In this document: in pieces, positions 17,259 to 25,505 of the stretch
Numbering within the stretch: the first letter of the stretch is position 1
How the letters are laid out: each line of letters opens with the position of its first letter
NCBI GenBank assembly: GCA_024399655.1
Contig: JAKSNP010000006.1
Location: forward strand, 6,181-70,180
Direction: 5' to 3'
DNA: 64,000 nucleotides
Source: Paludibacteraceae bacterium
GTDB taxonomy: Bacteria > Bacteroidota > Bacteroidia > Bacteroidales > Paludibacteraceae
Made by a program: the position numbers and the translations under genes
Notes under the pieces: generated by a model
Told to the model about the DNA's origin: nothing
The model's database searches: none
The model's input: the letters and a program-made list of their open reading frames with translations, nothing else

Positions 17259-17377
17259 CCGACGAATTTGTGTAAATGAGCCATATTATTAATCTAAAAA
17301 ATGTGATATGTACGTGTTGATACAGATTCAGAAGATTGAATAACTCATTGTGGTGTAATAAAATAGTGAATATATAT

Positions 17378-18346
17378 ATGTTGGGAATAGTGATCAATCC
17401 TAAGTCGGGAAAGCGAGTGTTTCGTTTGCAGCGTGTGTATTTGTGGCGTCTGCTTCGTAATTTGCACGAACCTTTCACTTATAGGGTGACCAAATATGCG
17501 GACCACGCAACGGAGTTGGGTCGTGAGTTGGCAGAGAAAGGTTGTAACCAAATATTGGTGTTGGGTGGAGACGGAACGTTGAGTGAAGTGGTAAACGGCA
17601 TTATGCAGGCCGATATACCAGAATCACAACGCAAGAATATCCAATTCGGCATTATGCCTCGTGGAACCGGAAACGACTGGGCTCGTTTTTGGGGGTTGGA
17701 TAAAGATTACCAGCGTTCGTTGGAGCTTTTCTTCAATGGAAAATCTCAGTCGGTTGATGTGGGCTGTTTGACCTATTATCGCAACGGAGTGGAGTATAAA
17801 CGCTACTTTATCAATTCAATCGGTTTTGGCGTGGATTCACTCACTTGTGTGTATGCCGCCAAGTTGAAACCCTATATTGGAGCACATCATATCAATTATT
17901 TTATCGGTTTCTTTATTGCGTTGGCCAAGTTGAAGACCGTGTATATGCAGTTGATAGCGGACGGAAAAGAGGTGGCCAATCAGAAGCTTTTCCATATGAA
18001 TATCGCAAACGGTCCTTATAACGGCGGCGGTATGAAACAGAATGCGGATGCCGATCCTCGCGATGGTATTTTCCACGGTTTGTTTGTGGAGTCGCCAACG
18101 TTCAAACAAGTGTTGAAAGGTGCAACCAAGTTGTTTAATGGCGGCTTGATGAACTTGGATTTCGTTTATCAGTTCTCGGGAACGGAAATGAATATCAATA
18201 CCAAGAAACATTTGAAATTGGAATTGGACGGCATATTGATGGATATTGTCGGTTCGTGCAAGGTGACCTGTCTGCATCATGCATTGAATATGACGGTACC
18301 TCAATATTGTGAAGAGGGTAAGGAAATTCACGATTTCAACGAATAA
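17378..18346 (+). CDS. Diacylglycerol kinase-family lipid kinase (YegS/BmrU-like)
   Basis: MLGIVINPKSGKR start and the GGDGTLSEVVNG catalytic motif. I prefer the ATG at 17378 over the track start at 17336. Confidence 0.8.
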   Translation: MLGIVINPKSGKRVFRLQRVYLWRLLRNLHEPFTYRVTKYADHATELGRELAEKGCNQILVLGGDGTLSEVVNGIMQADIPESQRKNIQFGIMPRGTGNDWARFWGLDKDYQRSLELFFNGKSQSVDVGCLTYYRNGVEYKRYFINSIGFGVDSLTCVYAAKLKPYIGAHHINYFIGFFIALAKLKTVYMQLIADGKEVANQKLFHMNIANGPYNGGGMKQNADADPRDGIFHGLFVESPTFKQVLKGATKLFNGGLMNLDFVYQFSGTEMNINTKKHLKLELDGILMDIVGSCKVTCLHHALNMTVPQYCEEGKEIHDFNE

Positions 18347-18356
18347 TACAAAATTT

Positions 18357-19070
18357 ATGAAAGCGATGATTTTTGCAGCGGGGCTAGGAACAAGGCTTCG
18401 CCCATTGACTGATAATATGCCCAAAGCGTTGGTTCCTCTCAACGGCAAAAGCCTGTTGGAATACCAGATTGTCAAGCTGCGGGAAGCCGGCATAAGAGAT
18501 ATCATGGTGAATGTGCATCATTTCCCTGATATGATTATCGAATATTTGCGGGAACATGACGGATTCGGTTGTAATATCAGTATTTCCGACGAGCGTGATA
18601 TGCTATTGGATACCGGAGGCGGATTGTTGAAAGCATGGGACGGCAAGGAGGCTGTTTTGGCGCTAAATGTGGATATTCTGTCGAATATTGATATCCAGTC
18701 GGTAGTAAATGCATGCCGGAGAGATGACGACGGATTGTTGGTGGTGAGCAATCGAAAAACGCAACGTTATCTATGCTTTGATGACAACGGTTATCTATGC
18801 GGTTGGACGAATGTCAGCACAGGTGAAATAAAAGGTAAGGACGGCAAGCATCTGGCATTTTCGGGTATGTCGGTTTTAAATGAGCATACTGCAGCCGAGT
18901 TGCAACTGTATGCCAAGGAAAAAGGCAGTAAATTCTCGTTGATTGATTTTTATCTTCATATATGCGGCCGTGAGAAATTAAAAGCTTACGAGCCCGAAGA
19001 TTATAAGATGATGGATGTGGGGAAAATCGATCTGTTGGAAGAAGCAGAGGCGTTTGCGAAAAGTTTGTGA
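18357..19070 (+). CDS. Sugar-1-phosphate nucleotidyltransferase (MurU-like)
   Basis: MKAMIFAAGLGTRLRPLTDNMPKALVP is the canonical NTP-transferase N-terminus. It is about 237 aa with no C-terminal hexapeptide domain. I prefer the start at 18357, 11 nt after the kinase stop. Confidence 0.75.
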   Translation: MKAMIFAAGLGTRLRPLTDNMPKALVPLNGKSLLEYQIVKLREAGIRDIMVNVHHFPDMIIEYLREHDGFGCNISISDERDMLLDTGGGLLKAWDGKEAVLALNVDILSNIDIQSVVNACRRDDDGLLVVSNRKTQRYLCFDDNGYLCGWTNVSTGEIKGKDGKHLAFSGMSVLNEHTAAELQLYAKEKGSKFSLIDFYLHICGREKLKAYEPEDYKMMDVGKIDLLEEAEAFAKSL

Positions 19071-19141
19071 GATGAGTTTTTTTTGAGAAAAGAGAATTGA
19101 TCGCCGGTACGGCAGATGCTTGATGAAAACTACAACAATAT

Positions 19142-19180
19142 AAAGGGATGTATCCGATTTGAAGATACATCCCTTTTTTT
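19142..19180. terminator. Bidirectional terminator between convergent genes
   Basis: AAAGGGATGTATC-CGATTTGAA-GATACATCCCTTT (13-bp stem) followed by T7. Confidence 0.7.
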
Positions 19181-19251
19181 GGGGGGGCTCTATGTGCATG
19201 TAGACATGAGGAAAGTGGCGATTAATTAAGAAAGTACAGAAGAAATTAGGC

Positions 19252-20646
19252 TTATCGTTTTGCAGGAATCACTTTCTCGATATTTTGTTCGCGATGGATG
19301 AGTCGAATTTCGACGCCGAATTTCTCGTTGAGATGTTCTGCCATTCTTTCAGCAGCAAATACGCTTCGATGTTGTCCTCCGGTGCAACCGAAAGAAACCA
19401 TAAGGTTTTGGAATCCGCGATCCATGTATCGTTTGACGCTTGCGTCGACCAAAGTGTAAGCGGCACTCAAGAATGGGAAAATCTCGCCGTCATCTTGAAG
19501 AAATTTGATGACCGGTTGGTCGAGGCCCGTAAGTCCTGTATATCTGTCGTATTTTCCGGGATTGTTGACAGCTCGGCAGTCGAAAACAAATCCACCTCCG
19601 TTTCCGCTTTCGTCATTGGGTATGCCTTTTTTATAGCTGAAAGAGAAGATGCGAACCACCAAAGGCTTTCGTTCGCCAATTCCTTTGAATTGTTTCATTT
19701 CGGTCATCTGTTTCAGCACTTCAATCAGGTAGGGATAATCGTCTTGTTGGTCCGCCAACAACTGTCGCAGGTTACCAATGGCGAATGGGATGGATTGCAG
19801 GAAGTGCGGTTTCTTCTCAAAGTAGCCTCGGAAACCATAAGCTCCCAGTACTTGCATCGTACGAAATAGTACAAAATGACGTAGGCGCATCATGAAGTCA
19901 TCACGGTCTACCTGCAAATATTTTTGGAGTTCATCCAAGTATACTTCGATGAGTTCGGTTCGCAGTTCGGGATGGAAATTGGCTTTTGCCTGCCAGAGGA
20001 AAGAAGCGACATCGTAGTAGATGGGACCTTTTCTTCCGCCTTGGAAATCGATGAAGTAGGGAATTTCTTGTCCGTTTCGTTCCACGACCATGACATTTCT
20101 GCTTTGGAAATCGCGGTACATGAATGTATCCATGCGTTTTTCGAGCAGGATGTATGCCATGCGCTCAAAATCGTTTTCAAGTTTGTCTTCTTGAAATTCG
20201 AGTCCCGTGGCTTTGAGAAAACAGTATTTGAAATAATTGAGATCCCAACGAATGCTTCTCAAGTTGAATTCGGGTAGCGGATAGCAGACGTTCCAATCCA
20301 TATCCTGCGCACCGATTACCTGAAATCGTGCCAATTGGCGCATGGTCAGTCGCAACATTTCTTTTTCCTTTTCGCAGAATACGCCGGTTTTCCGTCCTTC
20401 GGCGATGTAGTCGAAAAGCAGAGTAGAGCCCAGATCTTCCTGGGTGTATTGCATCATGTCGTTGCTGACGGAAAGTACTTTAGGGACATTGAGTCCCTGT
20501 GCGTAGAAATGTTGGTCCATTGCGAGAAAAGCCTGATTTTCCTCGCGTGAAGTGCCGATGACACGAATGCAGGTCTGTCCGTTGTCATCTGTCAGGCGGA
20601 AGTACTGTCGGTTGCTTCCGGAAGCGGATAATTGTTCTTCGTTCAT
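19252..20646 (-). CDS. Fusion protein: AmgK-like (APH-fold) anomeric sugar kinase + RapZ C-terminal domain
   Basis: The N-terminal half carries YRDFQSRNVM (catalytic loop) and IDFQGGRKGPIYYDVASFL. The C-terminal ~125 aa align by eye with E. coli RapZ-CTD (SFSYKKGIP, FDCR, NNPG, LTGLDQPV, GCTGGQHRSV). I take the start at 20646 (MNEEQL) because the promoter lies inside the longer track ORF. Confidence 0.8.
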   Translation of the reverse strand: MNEEQLSASGSNRQYFRLTDDNGQTCIRVIGTSREENQAFLAMDQHFYAQGLNVPKVLSVSNDMMQYTQEDLGSTLLFDYIAEGRKTGVFCEKEKEMLRLTMRQLARFQVIGAQDMDWNVCYPLPEFNLRSIRWDLNYFKYCFLKATGLEFQEDKLENDFERMAYILLEKRMDTFMYRDFQSRNVMVVERNGQEIPYFIDFQGGRKGPIYYDVASFLWQAKANFHPELRTELIEVYLDELQKYLQVDRDDFMMRLRHFVLFRTMQVLGAYGFRGYFEKKPHFLQSIPFAIGNLRQLLADQQDDYPYLIEVLKQMTEMKQFKGIGERKPLVVRIFSFSYKKGIPNDESGNGGGFVFDCRAVNNPGKYDRYTGLTGLDQPVIKFLQDDGEIFPFLSAAYTLVDASVKRYMDRGFQNLMVSFGCTGGQHRSVFAAERMAEHLNEKFGVEIRLIHREQNIEKVIPAKR

Positions 20647-20654
20647 ATTGGGTG

Positions 20655-20686
20655 CAAAATTACAACTTTTTTTTGTAATATGCAAG
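20655..20686 (-). promoter_or_regulatory. Bacteroidota-type promoter of the kinase-RapZ(C) gene
   Basis: On the minus strand: CTTGCAT (-33, 20683-20686) and TAATTTTG (20655-20662), 20-nt spacer. Confidence 0.55.
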
Positions 20687-20740
20687 TCAGGGGTGAAATA
20701 AGTACGAAATATTTTTTTTTAGGGCAATCTTGGCTTAAAA

Positions 20741-20772
20741 TTTGTATATGTAAAAAAAAAGTTGTATCTTTG
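20741..20772 (+). promoter_or_regulatory. Bacteroidota-type promoter of the TPR/protease triad
   Basis: TTTG at 20741-20744 and TATCTTTG at 20765-20772, 20-nt spacer. Confidence 0.6.
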
Positions 20773-20813
20773 CAGGGTAAAATGGAAAAACCAGCAATAT
20801 ATCAAGTGTGACT

Positions 20814-21692
20814 ATGAAATCAAGAGGAAAAGAAAAACGGGTTGTGTTGCTTGTGGCGGCGTGTGTGTTGTGTGTGGCAGGTTGGTCGGCTCCGAAGGCT
20901 CCCAAGCTCAAAACGGAAAAAGAGTGTTTGAAAATATTGAAACAAAATCCTACCGATCGTTCTGCTCATGCCCGTTTGGCTCAGATTGCCTGGCAATGCG
21001 CAGATACGGCTGAAGCGATGAAGCATCTGGATGCCGTATTGAAAGTGGAGAAACGGGATACTTTGTGTCTGGATTTGCGTGCGCGCATCTATCTTCAGCG
21101 TCAGCAGTGGTCGAATGCATTGGCTGATATTACTTCGGCAGTTTGCAACGGAATGAAAGTGGACGGTATGGAGTCGGTGAAAAGTCTGACGGTAACTCAG
21201 CGGAATCAATTGGTGGCCCGTTTGGAATTGGCAGAGCGCAATTCGGAGCAGAAACAGACCGTTCGTGCGGCATTGGAACTGCTGACGGCGTCCATGCGTG
21301 ACAGTAGCGCCACCATTGCTGATACCGATAGTGTCGAGCTGCCCGTAAAATATCGGATTCCGTATCGTAAAGCTTTTGACGAGATACAGGTGGATGCCGT
21401 AGTGGCGGGTTTGACGATTCATGTGACGATAGACGAGAAAGAGGAAAAATGCAAGATTTCGGCCATAGAGGCGGATTTTATGCAGAAAAACGACTATATA
21501 CATCGTGATGAAATTGTTGATAAAAACACATTCCGTTTCCGTTCGATAGAGATAGGCGATATCAGTATCGCAGACTTGGAGGTGGAACGTGACGCACATT
21601 TGAAATCGTCGATGGTAATCAATTTATCGGCCTTTACCAAATTGGGAACGGCGACTTTGAACCCGGAAGAAATGGTAATTGAAATACGATAA
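20814..21692 (+). CDS. Secreted (possibly lipo-) protein: short TPR-like region + degenerate retropepsin-like domain
   Basis: Signal/lipobox LLVAAC. The C-terminal ~115 aa are colinear with the protease domain of the gene at 23354, but DTGA is replaced by DEKE (21432-21443). I prefer the ATG at 20814 over the GTG at 20808. Confidence 0.65.
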   Translation: MKSRGKEKRVVLLVAACVLCVAGWSAPKAPKLKTEKECLKILKQNPTDRSAHARLAQIAWQCADTAEAMKHLDAVLKVEKRDTLCLDLRARIYLQRQQWSNALADITSAVCNGMKVDGMESVKSLTVTQRNQLVARLELAERNSEQKQTVRAALELLTASMRDSSATIADTDSVELPVKYRIPYRKAFDEIQVDAVVAGLTIHVTIDEKEEKCKISAIEADFMQKNDYIHRDEIVDKNTFRFRSIEIGDISIADLEVERDAHLKSSMVINLSAFTKLGTATLNPEEMVIEIR

Positions 21693-21710
21693 CCCTAAAT
21701 TTCAACAAAT

Positions 21711-23351
21711 ATGAAGAAAATCTTATTAATTTTTATGGCCTTTGTAGGTGCCGGTTTTGTGGCTGCTCAAAACAATGCCGCAAACTACACCTATAATTTT
21801 CAGCGTGCGTTGGAAGCATATCAAGAAGATGATTATGACAAGGCCTTGGAGTATTTGGGCTCAGAGGTGAGCAACCATCCTTCAAACGGATATGCTCATA
21901 CGCTTGCCGCGATGATTTATCATGAGAATAATCGAGAGGCGGCAGCGTTGAATTGTTGTGTTGACGCGCTGAAATATTTGAAGAAATCGGATGATGTGTT
22001 TCTGAGCGAAGTGTATTCGACGATGATGAACATCTATATCAATTGCAAAGATACAGCCGAGGCGATCCGTTGTTCAGAATTGTATCTGAAAGCAAGTCCA
22101 CGATCCGCCCTTATCGCTTCGGGACAGATGTACTATGTGTTCGAGCAATATGCACAATCGGAATTGCAATTGTTGAAGGCTGTGAAATGGAATTCCAAAA
22201 CTCAGTCCGCTTACGGTATGTTGGCCCGTACCCAATTGCAGTTACGCAAATCGAACGAAGCATTGGCGAACGCCGAAAAGGCGATAGAATTGGATTCGAC
22301 CTATACATACGGCTATGTGCTGAAAGGGCAAGCGCTTTATCAATTGAAACGCTATCCGGAAGCAATCCATACCGCAATTCGTTCTATCAAACAGTCGATT
22401 ACATCGGATGCCATTGAATTGCTGAACGATATTGCAGACAGCGTGGATTATCGAATGGTGTTGGATTCTCTGCAGAAATACGAGAAGACCGAAGCGGACA
22501 ATTTTTTGTGGCCGGCTTTGGAAGGTGATATCTATGACTCGTATGCGCTTGACTATGAAGCAGCGTTGCAGATGTATCTTCGCGCCATAAAAATCAATCC
22601 GATGGATCAAATCTATAAATCGGTCGCCTTTATATATGAATTTTATATAGGAGACGAGGAGGCAGCTCGTCAATATTATGATAAGGCCATTGAGAAGGAT
22701 TCGACGAGGGCATTCAATTATATAGCCAAAGCGTCATTTTGTCAGGATATAGGTTCGCTTGACGAGTCACTTTCTTTATTGGACAATGCGCAACGTCTGT
22801 CTCCTTTTGCCAAGAACGTTTATGAATTAAGGGCCCGTAACTATCGAATGTCGGGAGACTATCGGTCGGCTCTCGACGAATATACCAAAGCCGTATTGTG
22901 TGATCCCGAAGCAATTTCGGCTCATAGCGGTCGTGCCACGATGATGTCTTTGACAGGTGATTCGGTTAGTGCGACAGCAGAGTGGGAACTGATTATGAAG
23001 ATGTGTGAAGGCAAAGGAATGACTGCATGTGAGTATTATCTTTATCACGGGCAAACTGACAGCGTGAACGCTCTGTTGGAGAAAGAGGTGGAAAATGAGG
23101 AGAAGATGATTCGTCCACGTGCTTCTGAAGAATATAATATCGCATGTATGTATTGCAGAGCAGGCAATGAAACTGAAGCTTTGAAATGGCTTCGCCGTTC
23201 ATTTGAACATCATATGCGTGATTTTGCTCACGTATTATGCGATTGGGACTTGGTTTCTTTAAGAACCAACCCCGAATTTCAGGCCTTGATAGCTGAATAT
23301 AAAGAAATTCAGAAAAAGGAATTGGCAACATTAACCGTAAAAGCAGAATAA
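21711..23351 (+). CDS. Secreted TPR-repeat protein
   Basis: 546 aa. Signal peptide MKKILLIFMAFVGAGFVAAQ and repeated A..Y..A/L TPR-like helices throughout. Confidence 0.75.
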   Translation: MKKILLIFMAFVGAGFVAAQNNAANYTYNFQRALEAYQEDDYDKALEYLGSEVSNHPSNGYAHTLAAMIYHENNREAAALNCCVDALKYLKKSDDVFLSEVYSTMMNIYINCKDTAEAIRCSELYLKASPRSALIASGQMYYVFEQYAQSELQLLKAVKWNSKTQSAYGMLARTQLQLRKSNEALANAEKAIELDSTYTYGYVLKGQALYQLKRYPEAIHTAIRSIKQSITSDAIELLNDIADSVDYRMVLDSLQKYEKTEADNFLWPALEGDIYDSYALDYEAALQMYLRAIKINPMDQIYKSVAFIYEFYIGDEEAARQYYDKAIEKDSTRAFNYIAKASFCQDIGSLDESLSLLDNAQRLSPFAKNVYELRARNYRMSGDYRSALDEYTKAVLCDPEAISAHSGRATMMSLTGDSVSATAEWELIMKMCEGKGMTACEYYLYHGQTDSVNALLEKEVENEEKMIRPRASEEYNIACMYCRAGNETEALKWLRRSFEHHMRDFAHVLCDWDLVSLRTNPEFQALIAEYKEIQKKELATLTVKAE

Positions 23352-23353
23352 TT

Positions 23354-25408
23354 ATGAAGAGCATATCAAATATCCGTTATATTATTGCAAGTTGCTTCTT
23401 ATGTGTCTGTATGGCAGTAAACGCGCAGTCGTATCAATCGCGTTTGGCCATGGAAAAATTGCAGCAAAATGATATGGAAGGAGCTATTGCTGCTGCGTTG
23501 AAAGGCATCGAATTGAACAAGAAAGACGGTCAATGTCACTATCTGTTGGGATATTTATACAGTCATACCGGTCAATTTGAACAAGCCCTTGAAGAATGTG
23601 CTGCAGGAATTCGCCTGTTGCCGAAAGAGAAGCATAAACAAGCACAAATGTATAGCTGGATGGGGCAAATATTGTCAATAGCTGAAATGTATGATCAAGC
23701 ATTGGCCTATGTGGATAACGCCCTTAAATTGGAACCGGAAGAAACCGATTGGTATAGCATAAAAGCCGGAATATACATGAAGTCCAAACAATATGATGAA
23801 GCCCGTCAAACATATGCTCAACTATTCAAGATATATCCCGGTCAACGTGCGGCTCATGATGATTTGGGAACAATGGCTCTTGAAGAGAATAAGTTGGATG
23901 AGGCCCAATATCATGTGGATTATGCATTCGGATTGGGTTCTGATTTTCCGGAAACCTATCAATTGCAGACCAAAATCCATTTGCGCAAAGGAGAATATGA
24001 CAAGGCGGTCAGTTCGTATCTTCAATCCATAGAAGAGGGTGGTGAAGATGCTATGGATATCCCGTTGTTGGATTCGTTGTTGGAAAAATCGCCCGAATAC
24101 ACCACCATAGGATTGGAATTGATGAAAAAAGCTCGTCCCGGAACTATAACGTGGCCCTATCTGCAATGCCAAGCGGCAGGTTGGATGAACAATAAGTTAA
24201 AGGCGAGTGATTATATGCAAGAATTGATTGATGAAAATCAGTCAGTTTCGTTTTTTTATCTATATCAAGCACAGTTGTATAGAGATTTGAATCAATTTGA
24301 TAAAGCATTGGAAATGATTCAGAAAGCATTGGATTTGGATTCAACCAATGCGGACGCCTTTATATATGAAGTATATTCGGATATCTATTTAGTTATGGAC
24401 AGCATAGAGCCGGCTATGATTCAAATACGTAAAGCTTTGGCTATAAATCCGCAAAACGCTTCTTATTATCGCGGTTTGGCCCGTCTATATGCTATGAAAG
24501 ATGATTATACGCATGCAGCCGCATTGATGGATACAGCCTTGTTGTTGAGCGATGAAATCCTGATTAAACTGAATGCCGGTGAATATAAATTGCGTCTCGG
24601 CAACAAGGAAGAAGGCGAACGATTGTTGCGTGAAGTGGTGGAATATACGATAAAAGATGACGAGAATGACCGACATTCCACAAAAGCATACGCATATGCG
24701 TCACTCAACGATAAAGAGTCGGCTTTGAAAGAATTGGGTTTAATTGAACCCCAACGATTCAATCAGGGAAGAAGAGAATATGAGTATGCTCAAATTTATT
24801 CCATGTTGGGTGAGCCGGATTCTGCCGTATTTCATCTCAGGCAGTCATTCCAGCACAATCATTTCGCGCCTGTCGGAGCACGATATGCATATCGCTTCCG
24901 TCCGATAGCGCAAGACTCTCGTTTCATTGCATTGGCAGACAGTATTGATATTCAGGTGGCAGCCGAAGTGGCAGCTCATGAGCAGGCAAAAAAGAATAAG
25001 ACCGATCAGCAGGTGGTGGAGTTTCCGTTTACCCGCAAAAATGGTGTGACCGAGGTGAAATGCTCGATCAACGGGTTGCAACTGTATTTTATTTTCGATA
25101 CCGGTGCAGCAGATGTCAGTATCTCCAGTGTAGAAGCCAATTATATGCTGAGAAACGGGTATCTGACAGCTCAAGATATACAAGGTAAACAGAATTTTGT
25201 AAATGCTACCGGTGATATCAGCGAGGGAACGATTATCAATCTGCGTGAAGTGAATGTCGGTGGAATCGTATTGCATGATATCAAGGCTTCAGTAGTGCAT
25301 ACTCAGAACGCACCTCTTCTGTTAGGGCAGTCGGTATTCCAACGCTTAGGTCGTATTGAAATAGACAATGAGAAACAGGTACTTCGCCTGACGTACACCA
25401 AAAACTGA
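23354..25408 (+). CDS. Secreted TPR-repeat protein with C-terminal retropepsin-like (clan AA) aspartic protease domain
   Basis: 684 aa with a signal peptide and TPR repeats. The C-terminus reads INGLQLYFIFDTGAADVSIS...LLLGQSVFQRLG, with DTGA codons at 25097-25108. Confidence 0.8.
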   Translation: MKSISNIRYIIASCFLCVCMAVNAQSYQSRLAMEKLQQNDMEGAIAAALKGIELNKKDGQCHYLLGYLYSHTGQFEQALEECAAGIRLLPKEKHKQAQMYSWMGQILSIAEMYDQALAYVDNALKLEPEETDWYSIKAGIYMKSKQYDEARQTYAQLFKIYPGQRAAHDDLGTMALEENKLDEAQYHVDYAFGLGSDFPETYQLQTKIHLRKGEYDKAVSSYLQSIEEGGEDAMDIPLLDSLLEKSPEYTTIGLELMKKARPGTITWPYLQCQAAGWMNNKLKASDYMQELIDENQSVSFFYLYQAQLYRDLNQFDKALEMIQKALDLDSTNADAFIYEVYSDIYLVMDSIEPAMIQIRKALAINPQNASYYRGLARLYAMKDDYTHAAALMDTALLLSDEILIKLNAGEYKLRLGNKEEGERLLREVVEYTIKDDENDRHSTKAYAYASLNDKESALKELGLIEPQRFNQGRREYEYAQIYSMLGEPDSAVFHLRQSFQHNHFAPVGARYAYRFRPIAQDSRFIALADSIDIQVAAEVAAHEQAKKNKTDQQVVEFPFTRKNGVTEVKCSINGLQLYFIFDTGAADVSISSVEANYMLRNGYLTAQDIQGKQNFVNATGDISEGTIINLREVNVGGIVLHDIKASVVHTQNAPLLLGQSVFQRLGRIEIDNEKQVLRLTYTKN

Positions 25409-25505
25409 GAAACGAAAATATTCTAACGTTCGAAATATTTGGTGTGAACGCAGAATTTTTTCGTGTCTTTGCAGTCGCTTTTAACCATCGCAATATAACA
25501 AAATT

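Noticed and set aside
17336-17377. Upstream-extended starts given by the ORF track (17336, 18309, 20685 minus, 34985, 36006, 41627 minus, 30476 minus, 20808)
   Set aside because: In each case a consensus -33/-7 promoter, or the end of the preceding gene, lies inside the extension. An internal ATG gives a canonical N-terminus (signal peptide, lipobox or a known family start).
25438-25471. Possible dnaX promoter (TTTG ... TGTCTTTG)
   Set aside because: The -7 box starts TG instead of TA and the spacer is 22 nt rather than the 20 nt seen at all other sites. This is too weak to list as a feature.
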